Source of the DNA: a virus | DNA: 64,000 nt | Direction: 5' to 3' (one strand) | IMG/VR virus record: IMGVR_UViG_3300043172_000501 | Span: 1 to 64,000 of that record | Notes under the pieces: model-generated | Seen by the model: only the letters and a program-made list of their open reading frames with translations | Database searches by the model: none | What the model was told of the DNA's origin: nothing | Shown: positions 9,852-19,271 of the stretch, one piece after another | How positions within the stretch are numbered: the stretch's first letter is position 1 | Layout: each line of letters opens with the position of its first letter | Made by a program: the position numbers and the translations under genes

Positions 9852-10789
9852 TGCAACCATTATCAAACACAAAAATCATCAGTGAAGACTTGACACAATC
9901 AAAAGGGCAACACATTGGAGACATTATCGGATGGACTCAAGAAGGCAAAAAGAACAGGCGTATCATAGAAGACGCGCTTGTTAAATTTGGACTATCTGAA
10001 GATGTTGATTTGCCCAAAGTAACTTCCGTATCAGCATATCGTAGAACAATTCCAAAAGCTGTTAAAGGCGGAAAGTTAGATGAGCGAAAATATGAAGCAG
10101 TTTTATTAGAAGACAATGAAACTAAAATTGTCCACGCAATAGTCAGGAAAGATATTGTAACCGGCACCAGTGGCACACTCTCTCTTAAAGATGCCGAGTT
10201 TGAAACTGAAACAAAATTCGCATTTGATAAAGAAGGCTACAAAGATGGTTTAGCTGCAGAACATCTTTTTAAGTTAGAGCATGACACTCATCCTATATCA
10301 GTTAAAGCCCAAGAAATTTATGACAGCATGTGTGTAGTCTACACAGTAGAAGACATCAGAGCAGGATTTCAAAGAGCGTTTAGAAAATGGGGAGGCTGTA
10401 GTCTTCTTAGCAAAGGTGGCTTCTGGTGGATACCACCAACCAAGTCAGACAAAGTTAGAGACTGGGTAGCTTTCATGCAAAGTATCGGTTCTGAAATTGT
10501 TATACTTCCACAATTTGAAACAGAAGAAACTATGGTGTCATTACAGAACAGCACACAGTCATCTCTTGAAGGACAGCTTGAAAAATTATTTTCACAACTA
10601 GAAACATTTAGTGGAAAAGATACAACAAGATTGTCCACACTAGAAAAAAGAGTTGAAGCTTTTGACGACCTTCGTGACAAAGCAGAACTGTATGAAAGAC
10701 TTCTTGGTCATAATCTTGACGAAATAAAAACCAAACTAGAAGGTGCAAGTGTAGCTCTAGTTCAATCAATCAAAGAAATGACTTCGTAG
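9851..10789 (+). CDS. DUF3150/DUF6744-like protein, partner of MoxR-VWA
   Basis: IGDIIGW N-terminus, KGGFWWIP motif, C-terminal helical hairpin with AELYERLL; directly upstream of the AAA and VWA genes. Confidence 0.6.
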   Translation: MQPLSNTKIISEDLTQSKGQHIGDIIGWTQEGKKNRRIIEDALVKFGLSEDVDLPKVTSVSAYRRTIPKAVKGGKLDERKYEAVLLEDNETKIVHAIVRKDIVTGTSGTLSLKDAEFETETKFAFDKEGYKDGLAAEHLFKLEHDTHPISVKAQEIYDSMCVVYTVEDIRAGFQRAFRKWGGCSLLSKGGFWWIPPTKSDKVRDWVAFMQSIGSEIVILPQFETEETMVSLQNSTQSSLEGQLEKLFSQLETFSGKDTTRLSTLEKRVEAFDDLRDKAELYERLLGHNLDEIKTKLEGASVALVQSIKEMTS

Positions 10790-10860
10790 CATTCGTGCGA
10801 GCGGGGTAGAAATACCCCACAGCTAGGGAGAGTCCCTGGTGCTTATCAATATCGATAAGT
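10789..10860 (+). ncRNA. multi-hairpin structured RNA element (copy 2)
   Basis: GCA-TTCG-TGC; GGGGTA-GAAA-TACCCC; CTAGGGA/TCCCTGG; GCTTATC/GATAAGT. Confidence 0.45.
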
Positions 10861-10902
10861 AGGCGCTGCTTAAATTAGTAGTACAACGAGGAGAAAAAAC
10901 AA

Positions 10903-12108
10903 ATGGCGACTGAAGAGAAGAAAAATAATAAAAAAGTAAAAAACTTTCAAAACGCTCAACTAAGATTGTCGAAAATCGAAGAGCAATTAAATGACGCATT
11001 TCTAGAACGTAGCGAACTTATAAAAAATATGATGATCGCAATTGTTGCTGGAGAACATATTTTCGTAGGTGGACCTCCCGGAACAGGTAAAACATTATTA
11101 GCTCAAGTATTCGCAAACGCCTGTGCAGGCGGTTCATTCTATGAGTTCCTTATGAACAAGTTTGCAGTACCAGAACAGATCTTTGGACCTATAAAATTCA
11201 GCTCATTAAAAAAAGATGAATTTGAAAGAAATTTCGTTGGATACGCTCCTGAAGCGAGAGTGTGGTTTTTAGATGAAATTTGGAAAGCTAGTATCGCAAT
11301 TCTTAACACTCTATTAAAAGTGACTCAAGATCGTGAAATGAGAAATGGTTCCAAGATGGTCAAACTACCACTAGACATGGTTATCGCTGCGAGCAATGAA
11401 TACCCACAAGACGAAAGTTTAAACGCCCTATATGATAGGTTCTTAATTAGATTCTGGGTAGATTATCTCGCAGACGCCGACAACGTAAAGGAACTTTGGT
11501 CTAACGGAGGAGTGATTAAACCTGTTACCGCTAAACTAGAAGATGGCGACTTAGAACTACTCCGTGAACAACTTGGAAAAGTGCAATTCTCCAAAGGTAA
11601 CATTCAAACATTATCAGAAATTAAAAGCGCAGTTGAAGCTGAAAGTTTTGTTGCTTCAGACAGAACATGGATGAAATGTATGAAACTAGTTAGAGCTTCC
11701 GCAGTTGCCAGTGGACGATCTAAAATTATCGGATCTGATTTTAGTATCTTATCAAATGTACTTTGGAAAGAACACAAAGACCGTCCTAAATTACATGAGA
11801 TAGTTGGAAATGCCGCAGACCCTTACGGTAGCAGAGCTGAAGCTATCATTGACGGAATTAAATTAGCACTTGCCGAGACGCCTGACATTTCCACACTAAG
11901 AAACGGTACAATAAGCAAGATAGACTTTATCAACAAACTAGGACCAGTAAACGGAATGCTTGCATCACAAAGTACAGCCATCCAAGAGTTAGAAGACGAC
12001 GCACAAGACAATCCTGCAGTCCAAAGCGCATCAAAGAAATTAGAAGAAGCTTTCACAGCTGTTGATACCGCCATGAAAGAAGCTAGTAGATTCAGGGAGC
12101 GTCGATAA
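10903..12108 (+). CDS. MoxR/RavA-family AAA+ ATPase
   Basis: Walker A GPPGTGKT, Walker B FLDEIWKA, ASNEYP, ALYDRFLIR, SDRTW. Confidence 0.92.
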   Translation: MATEEKKNNKKVKNFQNAQLRLSKIEEQLNDAFLERSELIKNMMIAIVAGEHIFVGGPPGTGKTLLAQVFANACAGGSFYEFLMNKFAVPEQIFGPIKFSSLKKDEFERNFVGYAPEARVWFLDEIWKASIAILNTLLKVTQDREMRNGSKMVKLPLDMVIAASNEYPQDESLNALYDRFLIRFWVDYLADADNVKELWSNGGVIKPVTAKLEDGDLELLREQLGKVQFSKGNIQTLSEIKSAVEAESFVASDRTWMKCMKLVRASAVASGRSKIIGSDFSILSNVLWKEHKDRPKLHEIVGNAADPYGSRAEAIIDGIKLALAETPDISTLRNGTISKIDFINKLGPVNGMLASQSTAIQELEDDAQDNPAVQSASKKLEEAFTAVDTAMKEASRFRERR

Positions 12109-13574
12109 TGTCAAAGAATCTAATTTATAAACCTAGTGCATTCCACAGGCATCAGTGGAAGTACTATAAAAAAGTCGAACCAGACGCAAGGACCGCAGAG
12201 CGTATTGGTGAAGACAGGTATGAAAAATTTCCTGATTTTTCCGAGGAAATATTCCACAGTATGTATGCAGATAAGCCGAACAGAGTAGAAGAACCAGCAC
12301 CAGGTACTGAAATATTCCAGAAGCTTGACCAGGAAATTAACAAGATACCAGAAGTTGCCGATCTCGCTAAACGATGCAAAGGCGATGAGAGATGGTCCGG
12401 CATAGCGACAACAGCAATCATTGATGAGTTAATGAAAAGTGTACCAGCTCCAGATGGTCAAGTGAAAGATCCTTCCAAAGATGAGCAAGTGATTCAGTAC
12501 CTGGAAAGATTATTAGATAATATGGCAGAAGGCGACAAAGACGCAGAACACATGAAAGAGACTTTAGAGAACGCCAAGAATAGTCGTGATGAAAAAATAG
12601 AAAACAATATAGATGCTGCGAACTCTATAGATGAATCAGATATTCGTAACGCTTTAAGAAAAGCTGCGAAAGGCGCAACAGACAATATCGAAGCTGAACA
12701 AAACATGATCGATTCTTTTTCTGCAGGTGAAGGCACAAGCTCTAATAGATTACAAAGAAAAGCAATCGCAAGAAAACTAAGAAAAGTAATCAGCGGAAAC
12801 AAACGAATGCAAAAAATAGCAGAACTTGCAGGAAGACTTCGCAGAGTTGCTTTAGAACAACAAAGACAAAAACCACGAAAAGGGACAGACGAAGTAACAG
12901 GCATAGAACTAGGGGACAATCTTAGCAGACTGATACCTTCAGAAGCTATCTTCATGGAAGATGATTTAGAAGTAATCTTCGCCAGGAAATACAATGAGAG
13001 AGCTTTACTGAATACAGAGCTAAACAAAAATCCACCCAAAGAACAAGGGCCGATTATCATGCTTTTGGATAGTAGTGGCTCAATGTCCTACAACAACGCA
13101 GACGCCTGGGCTGCTGCAGTATGCCTAGCATTTTTAGAAATTGCAAAAAAACAAAAGAGAGCTTTTTCAATAGTTCATTTTGGTGGTGACGTGAGAAGAA
13201 CTGATAAGTGGAAAGCCAAAGGAGAATGGGGAATTGATTCTATCTTAGAAGCTGTATCATTCTTCGCATGTGACGGCGGTACAAACTTCATGCAACCTAT
13301 AAACGAAGGCATCAGGTTCATTCGTGAAGAAGGTGACTTTAAAAAAGCAGATCTTATTATGGTAACTGACGGAGAAGCAAATGTCTCTCCCGGCTGGGAA
13401 ATAGACTACAACAAAGCAAAAGAAGATTTAGAGTTTAGTACTTATTCAATATTAGTAGGTAGCTCCGCTGAAGGAGCAAAGAAAACATGCGAGAAATTTT
13501 CAGACGAAGTTGTCTTCTTAGCAGACGCAATAAAAGAAGAGAAAAATATGTTTGAATTTTTCAAGAAAGTTTAA
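12108..13574 (+). CDS. VWA-domain protein (ViaA/CoxE-like)
   Basis: GPIIMLLDSSGSM MIDAS motif, GGTNF, MVTDGE; coupled to the AAA gene. Confidence 0.9.
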   Translation: MSKNLIYKPSAFHRHQWKYYKKVEPDARTAERIGEDRYEKFPDFSEEIFHSMYADKPNRVEEPAPGTEIFQKLDQEINKIPEVADLAKRCKGDERWSGIATTAIIDELMKSVPAPDGQVKDPSKDEQVIQYLERLLDNMAEGDKDAEHMKETLENAKNSRDEKIENNIDAANSIDESDIRNALRKAAKGATDNIEAEQNMIDSFSAGEGTSSNRLQRKAIARKLRKVISGNKRMQKIAELAGRLRRVALEQQRQKPRKGTDEVTGIELGDNLSRLIPSEAIFMEDDLEVIFARKYNERALLNTELNKNPPKEQGPIIMLLDSSGSMSYNNADAWAAAVCLAFLEIAKKQKRAFSIVHFGGDVRRTDKWKAKGEWGIDSILEAVSFFACDGGTNFMQPINEGIRFIREEGDFKKADLIMVTDGEANVSPGWEIDYNKAKEDLEFSTYSILVGSSAEGAKKTCEKFSDEVVFLADAIKEEKNMFEFFKKV

Positions 13575-13583
13575 AGAGAAATC

Positions 13584-14081
13584 ATGCCAAGAACAAAACT
13601 AAAACCATGTCATTGTGGGAATGACGAATTAGTAGAACGCCCTTTCATAGACAGGGAAAAACCTAATATCATGGTTATCTGCTCACACTGCGACAGTCAC
13701 ATGACCATAACCAGTTGGATGAACAGAAGAGAAGTAACCAGCGAATCAAAAACAGAATCAGCTAAAGTTGATGTTATAGTGGATACAGTTTACAAACTGA
13801 CAAAAGATACCTGGAATAAAAGAGTCACATTAAAAGATAGTGTCGAACAGATGAGAAGCTACATCGCTGACTTTATAGGCGCAGGTAAATCTGGAATCCA
13901 CATAACAGAAAAACAATTTTTAAAAATGATCCTAAATCTAGGAGGCATAATGGTTCTTCTTTCAAAAGAATTAGTAGAACTCCAAAAGACAAATAAACCA
14001 GAAGACACAGACGAAACAGTTTATATAGCTATGCCCAAATCAGAATTCGGAGCCAGCGCAAAAAAAGAAGACTGGAACTAA
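13584..14081 (+). CDS. Lar-like (restriction alleviation) zinc-finger protein
   Basis: LKPCHCG...VICSHC...WMNRR pattern. Confidence 0.55.
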   Translation: MPRTKLKPCHCGNDELVERPFIDREKPNIMVICSHCDSHMTITSWMNRREVTSESKTESAKVDVIVDTVYKLTKDTWNKRVTLKDSVEQMRSYIADFIGAGKSGIHITEKQFLKMILNLGGIMVLLSKELVELQKTNKPEDTDETVYIAMPKSEFGASAKKEDWN

Positions 14082-14083
14082 TC

Positions 14084-14365
14084 ATGAAACAAAGAGAAAT
14101 CACAACAACAGCAAAAAAACAAGTAGCAAACCAGATCCTTGTCTTATGCGAAGACATTTTCCGTCAAGATGAAAATTTCATTAAAAGATTATCTAAGATA
14201 GAACAGAGTGAAGTTGCTAAAGAAACCTACATCCAGATAGCTCGCGTATTTAATTTTCTCGGATTTGACACACCAACAGAAGTATCCACTGGAGAAAAAT
14301 CATGGGACGAAACCTGTAAAACGATAAGAGCAAGAGAAAATAATAATAGTAAAGATAAAAAATAA
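14084..14365 (+). CDS. hypothetical protein
   Basis: 93-aa ORF within the operon. Confidence 0.6.
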   Translation: MKQREITTTAKKQVANQILVLCEDIFRQDENFIKRLSKIEQSEVAKETYIQIARVFNFLGFDTPTEVSTGEKSWDETCKTIRARENNNSKDKK

Positions 14366-14480
14366 AACTTGTCATTTAGGACTGGCTAGTATAGTTTTTC
14401 TTTTAATGCTACAGTAAATCTGATATAACTAAAGGTGACTGTACAACTCAATTATTATTTTAGAAATAAAGGGAATTAAC

Positions 14481-14750
14481 ATGGAACGCAAAACAGTAAA
14501 ATCTTTTAATCACTTTCGGGCTAGAGTCGAGATAGAAGCACACAGAAACAACTGGACATTAGCTGAAGTAGGGCAACGTGTGAAGAGATCACCACAAGCT
14601 CTACAAGACATTTTAAAACGAGGAAATCCTACATTAGAGACATTGAAACAGTTTGCAGAAGCTCTTAATATCTCAGCAGAAGAAATGATGTCAGAAGTTG
14701 ACCCCTTAGAGTATGGGAAAATGATGATACCAAAATTAGTAAAAATATAA
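14481..14750 (+). CDS. XRE/Cro-family HTH transcriptional regulator
   Basis: WTLAEVGQRVKRSPQALQDILKRGNPTLETLKQFAEALNI. Confidence 0.88.
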   Translation: MERKTVKSFNHFRARVEIEAHRNNWTLAEVGQRVKRSPQALQDILKRGNPTLETLKQFAEALNISAEEMMSEVDPLEYGKMMIPKLVKI

Positions 14751-14759
14751 AAAGCAACC

Positions 14760-14841
14760 GCTCCTGCTGATGCAAGAGATGTTCACCGTGGCAAGGTTCT
14801 CCTCCCGGGTCATAGTGGGCGTTTCTTTCATCAGTACGAGC
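14760..14841 (+). ncRNA. long G-U-rich RNA hairpin
   Basis: GCTC/GAGC, TGCTGATG/CATCAGTA, AAGAGATGTTCAC/GTGGGCGTTTCTT, TGGC/GTCA; most deviations from perfect complementarity are G-U wobbles on the + strand. Confidence 0.55.
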
Positions 14842-14865
14842 ATTAGGTAAAGTTAGAGGCAACGC

Positions 14866-16116
14866 ATGAAATCAGAAGAAGAAATAAAGTTAGAATTTGA
14901 ATGGCTACAACGAAGGAAATTCGGAATAGGTTCAAGTACCTCTCCAGTTCTAGTTTTAGGCAAAGTGTTCACTTCGACACCGCTGTCAGTTTATATTGAT
15001 AAGAAAACACCAGCAGTACCAAACACTGAAGACAACCCAGAATTTAGGCGTGGTCATAAATACGAACCAGTCGCCATTGAGTTATATCAAGAGAAAAACC
15101 CACAAGTTAAAACTTTCATGCCGATAACACAGCAAGAACGTTATTATGACTATCAAGTTTTTCATCCAACACTGAAACACTTTTATGCAGACTTTGATGG
15201 TTTTGAAATTGATGAAAACGGAGACTTGTGGATATTAGAAGTTAAGAGTCCCAGACAGATGATTGTTGACAGAATAAAAGCAGAAGGTGTTAAAGATTAT
15301 TATCAAGTCCAATGTCACCACCTACTCGGTGTAGCTTCTGTGGCTCGTGACCTCCTACCAGCACCAATAAATAAATGCAAAGGCAAATTGAAAGGTGCAA
15401 AAATAATAATCTATGAATGTGAAAATATTGATATCCTAACACACGAAGTGGAATACGATCAAGAGATGATTGATTTAATTTTCGACAAAGGAACCGCATT
15501 CTGGACAGAAAATGTTGAAAAGAATAATCCGCCACAACTTCAGTCACAAGTTCCTTCTGCTGTCATCTCCAACAAAGGCGGAACTTATGAACACGTAAAA
15601 GGTAAAGCATGGGAAGAAGCTTCCGGGATGTTATTACTTGCTGCGGAAATGAAAAAACTTGCAGAAAAAAGACACGCAGCTGCAAAAAAACAATTATCTG
15701 AAGCAATGAAAGCTGCCAAGATGACTAAGGTTATTTTACCAAATGGAACCAAGCTAAACCTCGGGATACAAGCCGGTAGAAAATCTTTTGACAAAGAAGC
15801 TCTAAAAGCAGCACACCCAAATATTGATTTAGATCAATTTAATAAGTATGGAAAATCATTTGAAGCTTTCAGAGTTTACGGAAAGACATCCGTTCCTAGT
15901 GAAGAAACCCTAGACGGAGCGATCGGAACACTCAGCGACCAGCTAGAAGCTTTTCCTAAAAGGAATTTAGATTCTGAAATCGCCATGGAAGTTTTTGAAG
16001 AACTACAAAACAAAACAGAACTGTATCAACGATTGTTACAGAGCGAGCTTGAAAGATTAGACACAGCTCTTGATATTGCCGGAATTGCTGCAATAAAGAA
16101 AGCAACAAATAGCTAA
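14866..16116 (+). CDS. YqaJ/lambda-exonuclease-family recombination nuclease with extra C-terminal helical domain
   Basis: WLQRRKFGIGSS, RGHKYEP, ADFDG, LEVKS, YYQVQCHH; adjacent to RecT. Confidence 0.9.
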   Translation: MKSEEEIKLEFEWLQRRKFGIGSSTSPVLVLGKVFTSTPLSVYIDKKTPAVPNTEDNPEFRRGHKYEPVAIELYQEKNPQVKTFMPITQQERYYDYQVFHPTLKHFYADFDGFEIDENGDLWILEVKSPRQMIVDRIKAEGVKDYYQVQCHHLLGVASVARDLLPAPINKCKGKLKGAKIIIYECENIDILTHEVEYDQEMIDLIFDKGTAFWTENVEKNNPPQLQSQVPSAVISNKGGTYEHVKGKAWEEASGMLLLAAEMKKLAEKRHAAAKKQLSEAMKAAKMTKVILPNGTKLNLGIQAGRKSFDKEALKAAHPNIDLDQFNKYGKSFEAFRVYGKTSVPSEETLDGAIGTLSDQLEAFPKRNLDSEIAMEVFEELQNKTELYQRLLQSELERLDTALDIAGIAAIKKATNS

Positions 16117-16979
16117 TGTCGAAGAAGAAAATAAAAAACAAAAAACTTGATGCCGTTCCAAAAGATGAGATGCTGACTAGTTTTGATATGGCTCCAGTTT
16201 GTTCATCTGAGGTTAAACTAGACAGTATAGATGCTTGGCTTACAACACTGACAAAACCAAATGATAAATTTGATGATTACGTAAACCTTATGAGTTCTCA
16301 AGTTTACATTAACTCACCACCACCACGTGTTCACCCGATGCCTATTGTAATAAAGAAGTTAGACGGATTACCAATAGAAATAACTTTACAAGCATCAGAA
16401 ATTGAAAACTTTAGCCATATACGCAAACAAAACAAAGCGACTATTTATGACGCACGCACTCAATCCATAACTATTGATGGACCACTAGATGAAGAAGCTC
16501 TGAAGTATTCACCATTACTTGATATGCTTAAAAATTTCTTACCAACAACCCAAAAAGAAACACTTTATGCAGTCACTCTAAAATCCACAAACAGAGACAA
16601 AGACGGAACAGTCACTTCGTCCTTCTTCACTACTAACGGGAGACAAATAAAGACAGCGCATGAAACATTTATAAGGTTACTTCCTTCAAAAGAAGAAGCA
16701 GAAGAGATACGTAAAAATAATTACTGTGACGTAATCGAAATCAAACCACATAGTGATGACATTGACGGGCAACTAGCTAAACTGCAAGATCGAGTTGTCC
16801 AGTTTGAAACAAATATAAAAACAATGTCCAAAGAAGAGGCAACTGGTGAATACGCAAACATCAAGCCTGTAGCAGAATTGTATTCTAGGATGTTAAAAGA
16901 AGAGGTTGCAAAAATTGATTCTATTTTAGAATCAGCAGAAACAGAGTTGTGTAAACAACTCAGAAGAGAGTCGAAATGA
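16116..16979 (+). CDS. hypothetical protein whose C-terminal domain resembles the YqaJ C-terminus
   Basis: DIDGQLAKL..F..AELYSRML aligns with the ends of 14866..16116 and 9851..10789. Confidence 0.7.
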   Translation: MSKKKIKNKKLDAVPKDEMLTSFDMAPVCSSEVKLDSIDAWLTTLTKPNDKFDDYVNLMSSQVYINSPPPRVHPMPIVIKKLDGLPIEITLQASEIENFSHIRKQNKATIYDARTQSITIDGPLDEEALKYSPLLDMLKNFLPTTQKETLYAVTLKSTNRDKDGTVTSSFFTTNGRQIKTAHETFIRLLPSKEEAEEIRKNNYCDVIEIKPHSDDIDGQLAKLQDRVVQFETNIKTMSKEEATGEYANIKPVAELYSRMLKEEVAKIDSILESAETELCKQLRRESK

Positions 16980-18031
16980 CAAATCAAAAACCAGAGTTAA
17001 GCAATTACGACCAAATTAAAAAATGGCTAGAAGCGATATCAATGCGAGAGATTTTCCAACAGTCTCTGCCCAAATCAGTTCCAGTTGATAATTGGATTAA
17101 CACAGCTCTAAGTACAATAAGAACCAGTGAAGAGATTCAAAACGCAGAACCATTGTCAACACTAGGGGCATTGATGACTATTGCCAGTCTCGGTTTACGA
17201 TTAGAAGGGCCATTAGGTCAAGCTTATCTCACAACTAGGAATGTTAAAAAGAAGAACAAACAATCAGGTCAATGGGAATGGTCACACAAAGAAACTCAAA
17301 TGCAAGTGGGTTATCGTGGTCTATTAGCCATCGCATGGCGTGACCCTGAAGTTCAAGACATCGAGGCCATTATTGTTCGCAAGAATGATGAGTTTGATTT
17401 TCAGAGAGGAAGTAATTCCTATTTAACACACAAGTGGGAGTTTGGAGTAGAACGAGGACCAATAGTAGCGGTGTATTCTGGTCTTCGTTTCAAAAACGGT
17501 TACTACTCTTTTGAGCCTTATGACATTGAAAGTATAATGGATCTTCGTTCCGACATTCTTAAACAGAACGGCATATCTATAGAACAACTCGAAAAAGGTG
17601 GAGTAGTTTACCATAAGAAGAAATGGGGAGACTCCGGCACCAGGCAAATGAGTGAAGATGAAGCAAGTAAAGTTCCATGGATTGGTCATCTAGATCCAAT
17701 GATTAAAAAAACAGTTATTAGACGTTCTGCAAACTATTGGAAACTTGGAAACGATTTCGAGACAGCAGCTAATCTTGTAGCTATAGACGAAGCAGGGCTA
17801 TCTCAAAATTTAGCAAGAGCTGCGAGTGATGTTATGCCTCAAGAAATCAATCCTAACAACCAAAATAAGCCAATGAATGTCAGATCAAGAAAGAAGAATA
17901 GCGACATCAAAGCAAGACTCGTAGCAGAAGCTGACGCTTCAAGAAGTGCAGCTGATTCAAAATCATCTAAAGAAGTTGATAAAAAAGAAACTAGCATGCC
18001 AGAAACTAAAAAGGCAAAATCAAATGAGTAG
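16976..18031 (+). CDS. recT: RecT-family ssDNA annealing protein
   Basis: ASLGL..LGQAYL, QMQVGYRGLL.IAWR, V..NDEF, PW..H.DPMIKKTVIRR. Confidence 0.92.
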   Translation: MTNQKPELSNYDQIKKWLEAISMREIFQQSLPKSVPVDNWINTALSTIRTSEEIQNAEPLSTLGALMTIASLGLRLEGPLGQAYLTTRNVKKKNKQSGQWEWSHKETQMQVGYRGLLAIAWRDPEVQDIEAIIVRKNDEFDFQRGSNSYLTHKWEFGVERGPIVAVYSGLRFKNGYYSFEPYDIESIMDLRSDILKQNGISIEQLEKGGVVYHKKKWGDSGTRQMSEDEASKVPWIGHLDPMIKKTVIRRSANYWKLGNDFETAANLVAIDEAGLSQNLARAASDVMPQEINPNNQNKPMNVRSRKKNSDIKARLVAEADASRSAADSKSSKEVDKKETSMPETKKAKSNE

Positions 18032-19271
18032 CGACAGGATAGGAAGTTTTCAATCTTACTCAAAAATAAGTCAAGCCATGCAAGACTCAGTTGAGTTCAG
18101 AAGCCTCACTAGGCACGAAAAACTAATCTGGTACCATATCCTATGCGCCAAGACAGTTTGCACAGGGATAGTCAACCAGGGCGTTTTTGATGTTGCTCTA
18201 TATAACGGTTACGTTGACGTTGATGAGCCAGATAAAATAAAAGAAGGAATGGAGTTTATAAAACACATATTTGAGAAGCTTGAACGCTATAACTGGATTA
18301 AATATGATAATGTAGCAAAACTTATTTTATTACCAAAACGACTAAAACATGACTTGCCACCTAATTATAATGTGATGATTTCTCGACTTAAAGCACTACG
18401 ACAGACTCCAAAAAGTCATCTAAGGGAACAGTGGATATTACATATGCATACGTATCTGTTAGAAGCTTACAGCAGTAATGATGCCAGGTATAGAGTTGTC
18501 GACATTCTGATAAACATGATAGAAGAGTCAGACTCTGAGTCCTCTGAAGCCCTTGTAAACACTAACGACGACACCCAGTCTGAAACCATTAAGGAAACGG
18601 TTCACACTGAAAAGATAAACGGTTTAAACAATATCCTTGAACAGTTACCCAAACGGTTCGGGGATAGCAGAGAGCAGAGAGCAGAGAGCAGAGAGCAGAA
18701 AGCAGAGAGCAGAGAGCAGAGAGAAAAGACGGAACTAGTGCAGAAGACTAAGAAGTCTTCCACACCTACACGTACCAAGAAAAAGAGGATTATTAAAACA
18801 AAAACACCACTTGAAGATGTATCCCCTCGATGGCTTGAGATGTGGGAAGCAATGATGACTGCGAAGTTTCACGTACCAGGTGACGGACTACAAACTATTT
18901 GGGAAAACGTAAGTGATCCGATTGAACTATGTTCTCGTTTATCAGGGCCAGGATACCCAAGTGTAGAGATAGCTTTGATTCATAGACTTGCTAATTGGAC
19001 GATAGATAATAAACAACGTTCTAAAAGGCATTTAGGGAGATTCTTGCTTAATAGATTTTCTGCAGAACAAGATAAACCAAAACGTCCAGGTCAAAATAAT
19101 CAAACACAACCCCAGTCACAAATAAGACATGGAGAATTAAAAGCAGATACTAAAAAAACAAAAGATTACAAGCCATCAAAAGAAGAAGTAGAACTTGGCA
19201 AGTTAGAATTAAAAGGTGAATTAAAACCACCACAGAAAAAAAGGTTACAGGAGATAAGAGATGGACGCTAG
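18024..19271 (+). CDS. replication initiator protein (O/DnaD-like)
   Basis: Lies between RecT and DnaB; N-terminal wHTH-like region; central low-complexity linker with DNA repeats; likely start ATG 18024. Confidence 0.7.
   Translation: MSSDRIGSFQSYSKISQAMQDSVEFRSLTRHEKLIWYHILCAKTVCTGIVNQGVFDVALYNGYVDVDEPDKIKEGMEFIKHIFEKLERYNWIKYDNVAKLILLPKRLKHDLPPNYNVMISRLKALRQTPKSHLREQWILHMHTYLLEAYSSNDARYRVVDILINMIEESDSESSEALVNTNDDTQSETIKETVHTEKINGLNNILEQLPKRFGDSREQRAESREQKAESREQREKTELVQKTKKSSTPTRTKKKRIIKTKTPLEDVSPRWLEMWEAMMTAKFHVPGDGLQTIWENVSDPIELCSRLSGPGYPSVEIALIHRLANWTIDNKQRSKRHLGRFLLNRFSAEQDKPKRPGQNNQTQPQSQIRHGELKADTKKTKDYKPSKEEVELGKLELKGELKPPQKKRLQEIRDGR
18584..18658. repeat. iteron-like AACNGTT repeats (candidate origin within the initiator gene)
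   Basis: AACCATT 18584, AACGGTT 18596, AACGGTT 18618, AACAGTT 18640, AACGGTT 18652. Confidence 0.55.
18666..18721 (+). repeat. tandem heptamer (AGCAGAG)x8
   Basis: Eight units; the fifth is AGCAGAA. Confidence 0.95.
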
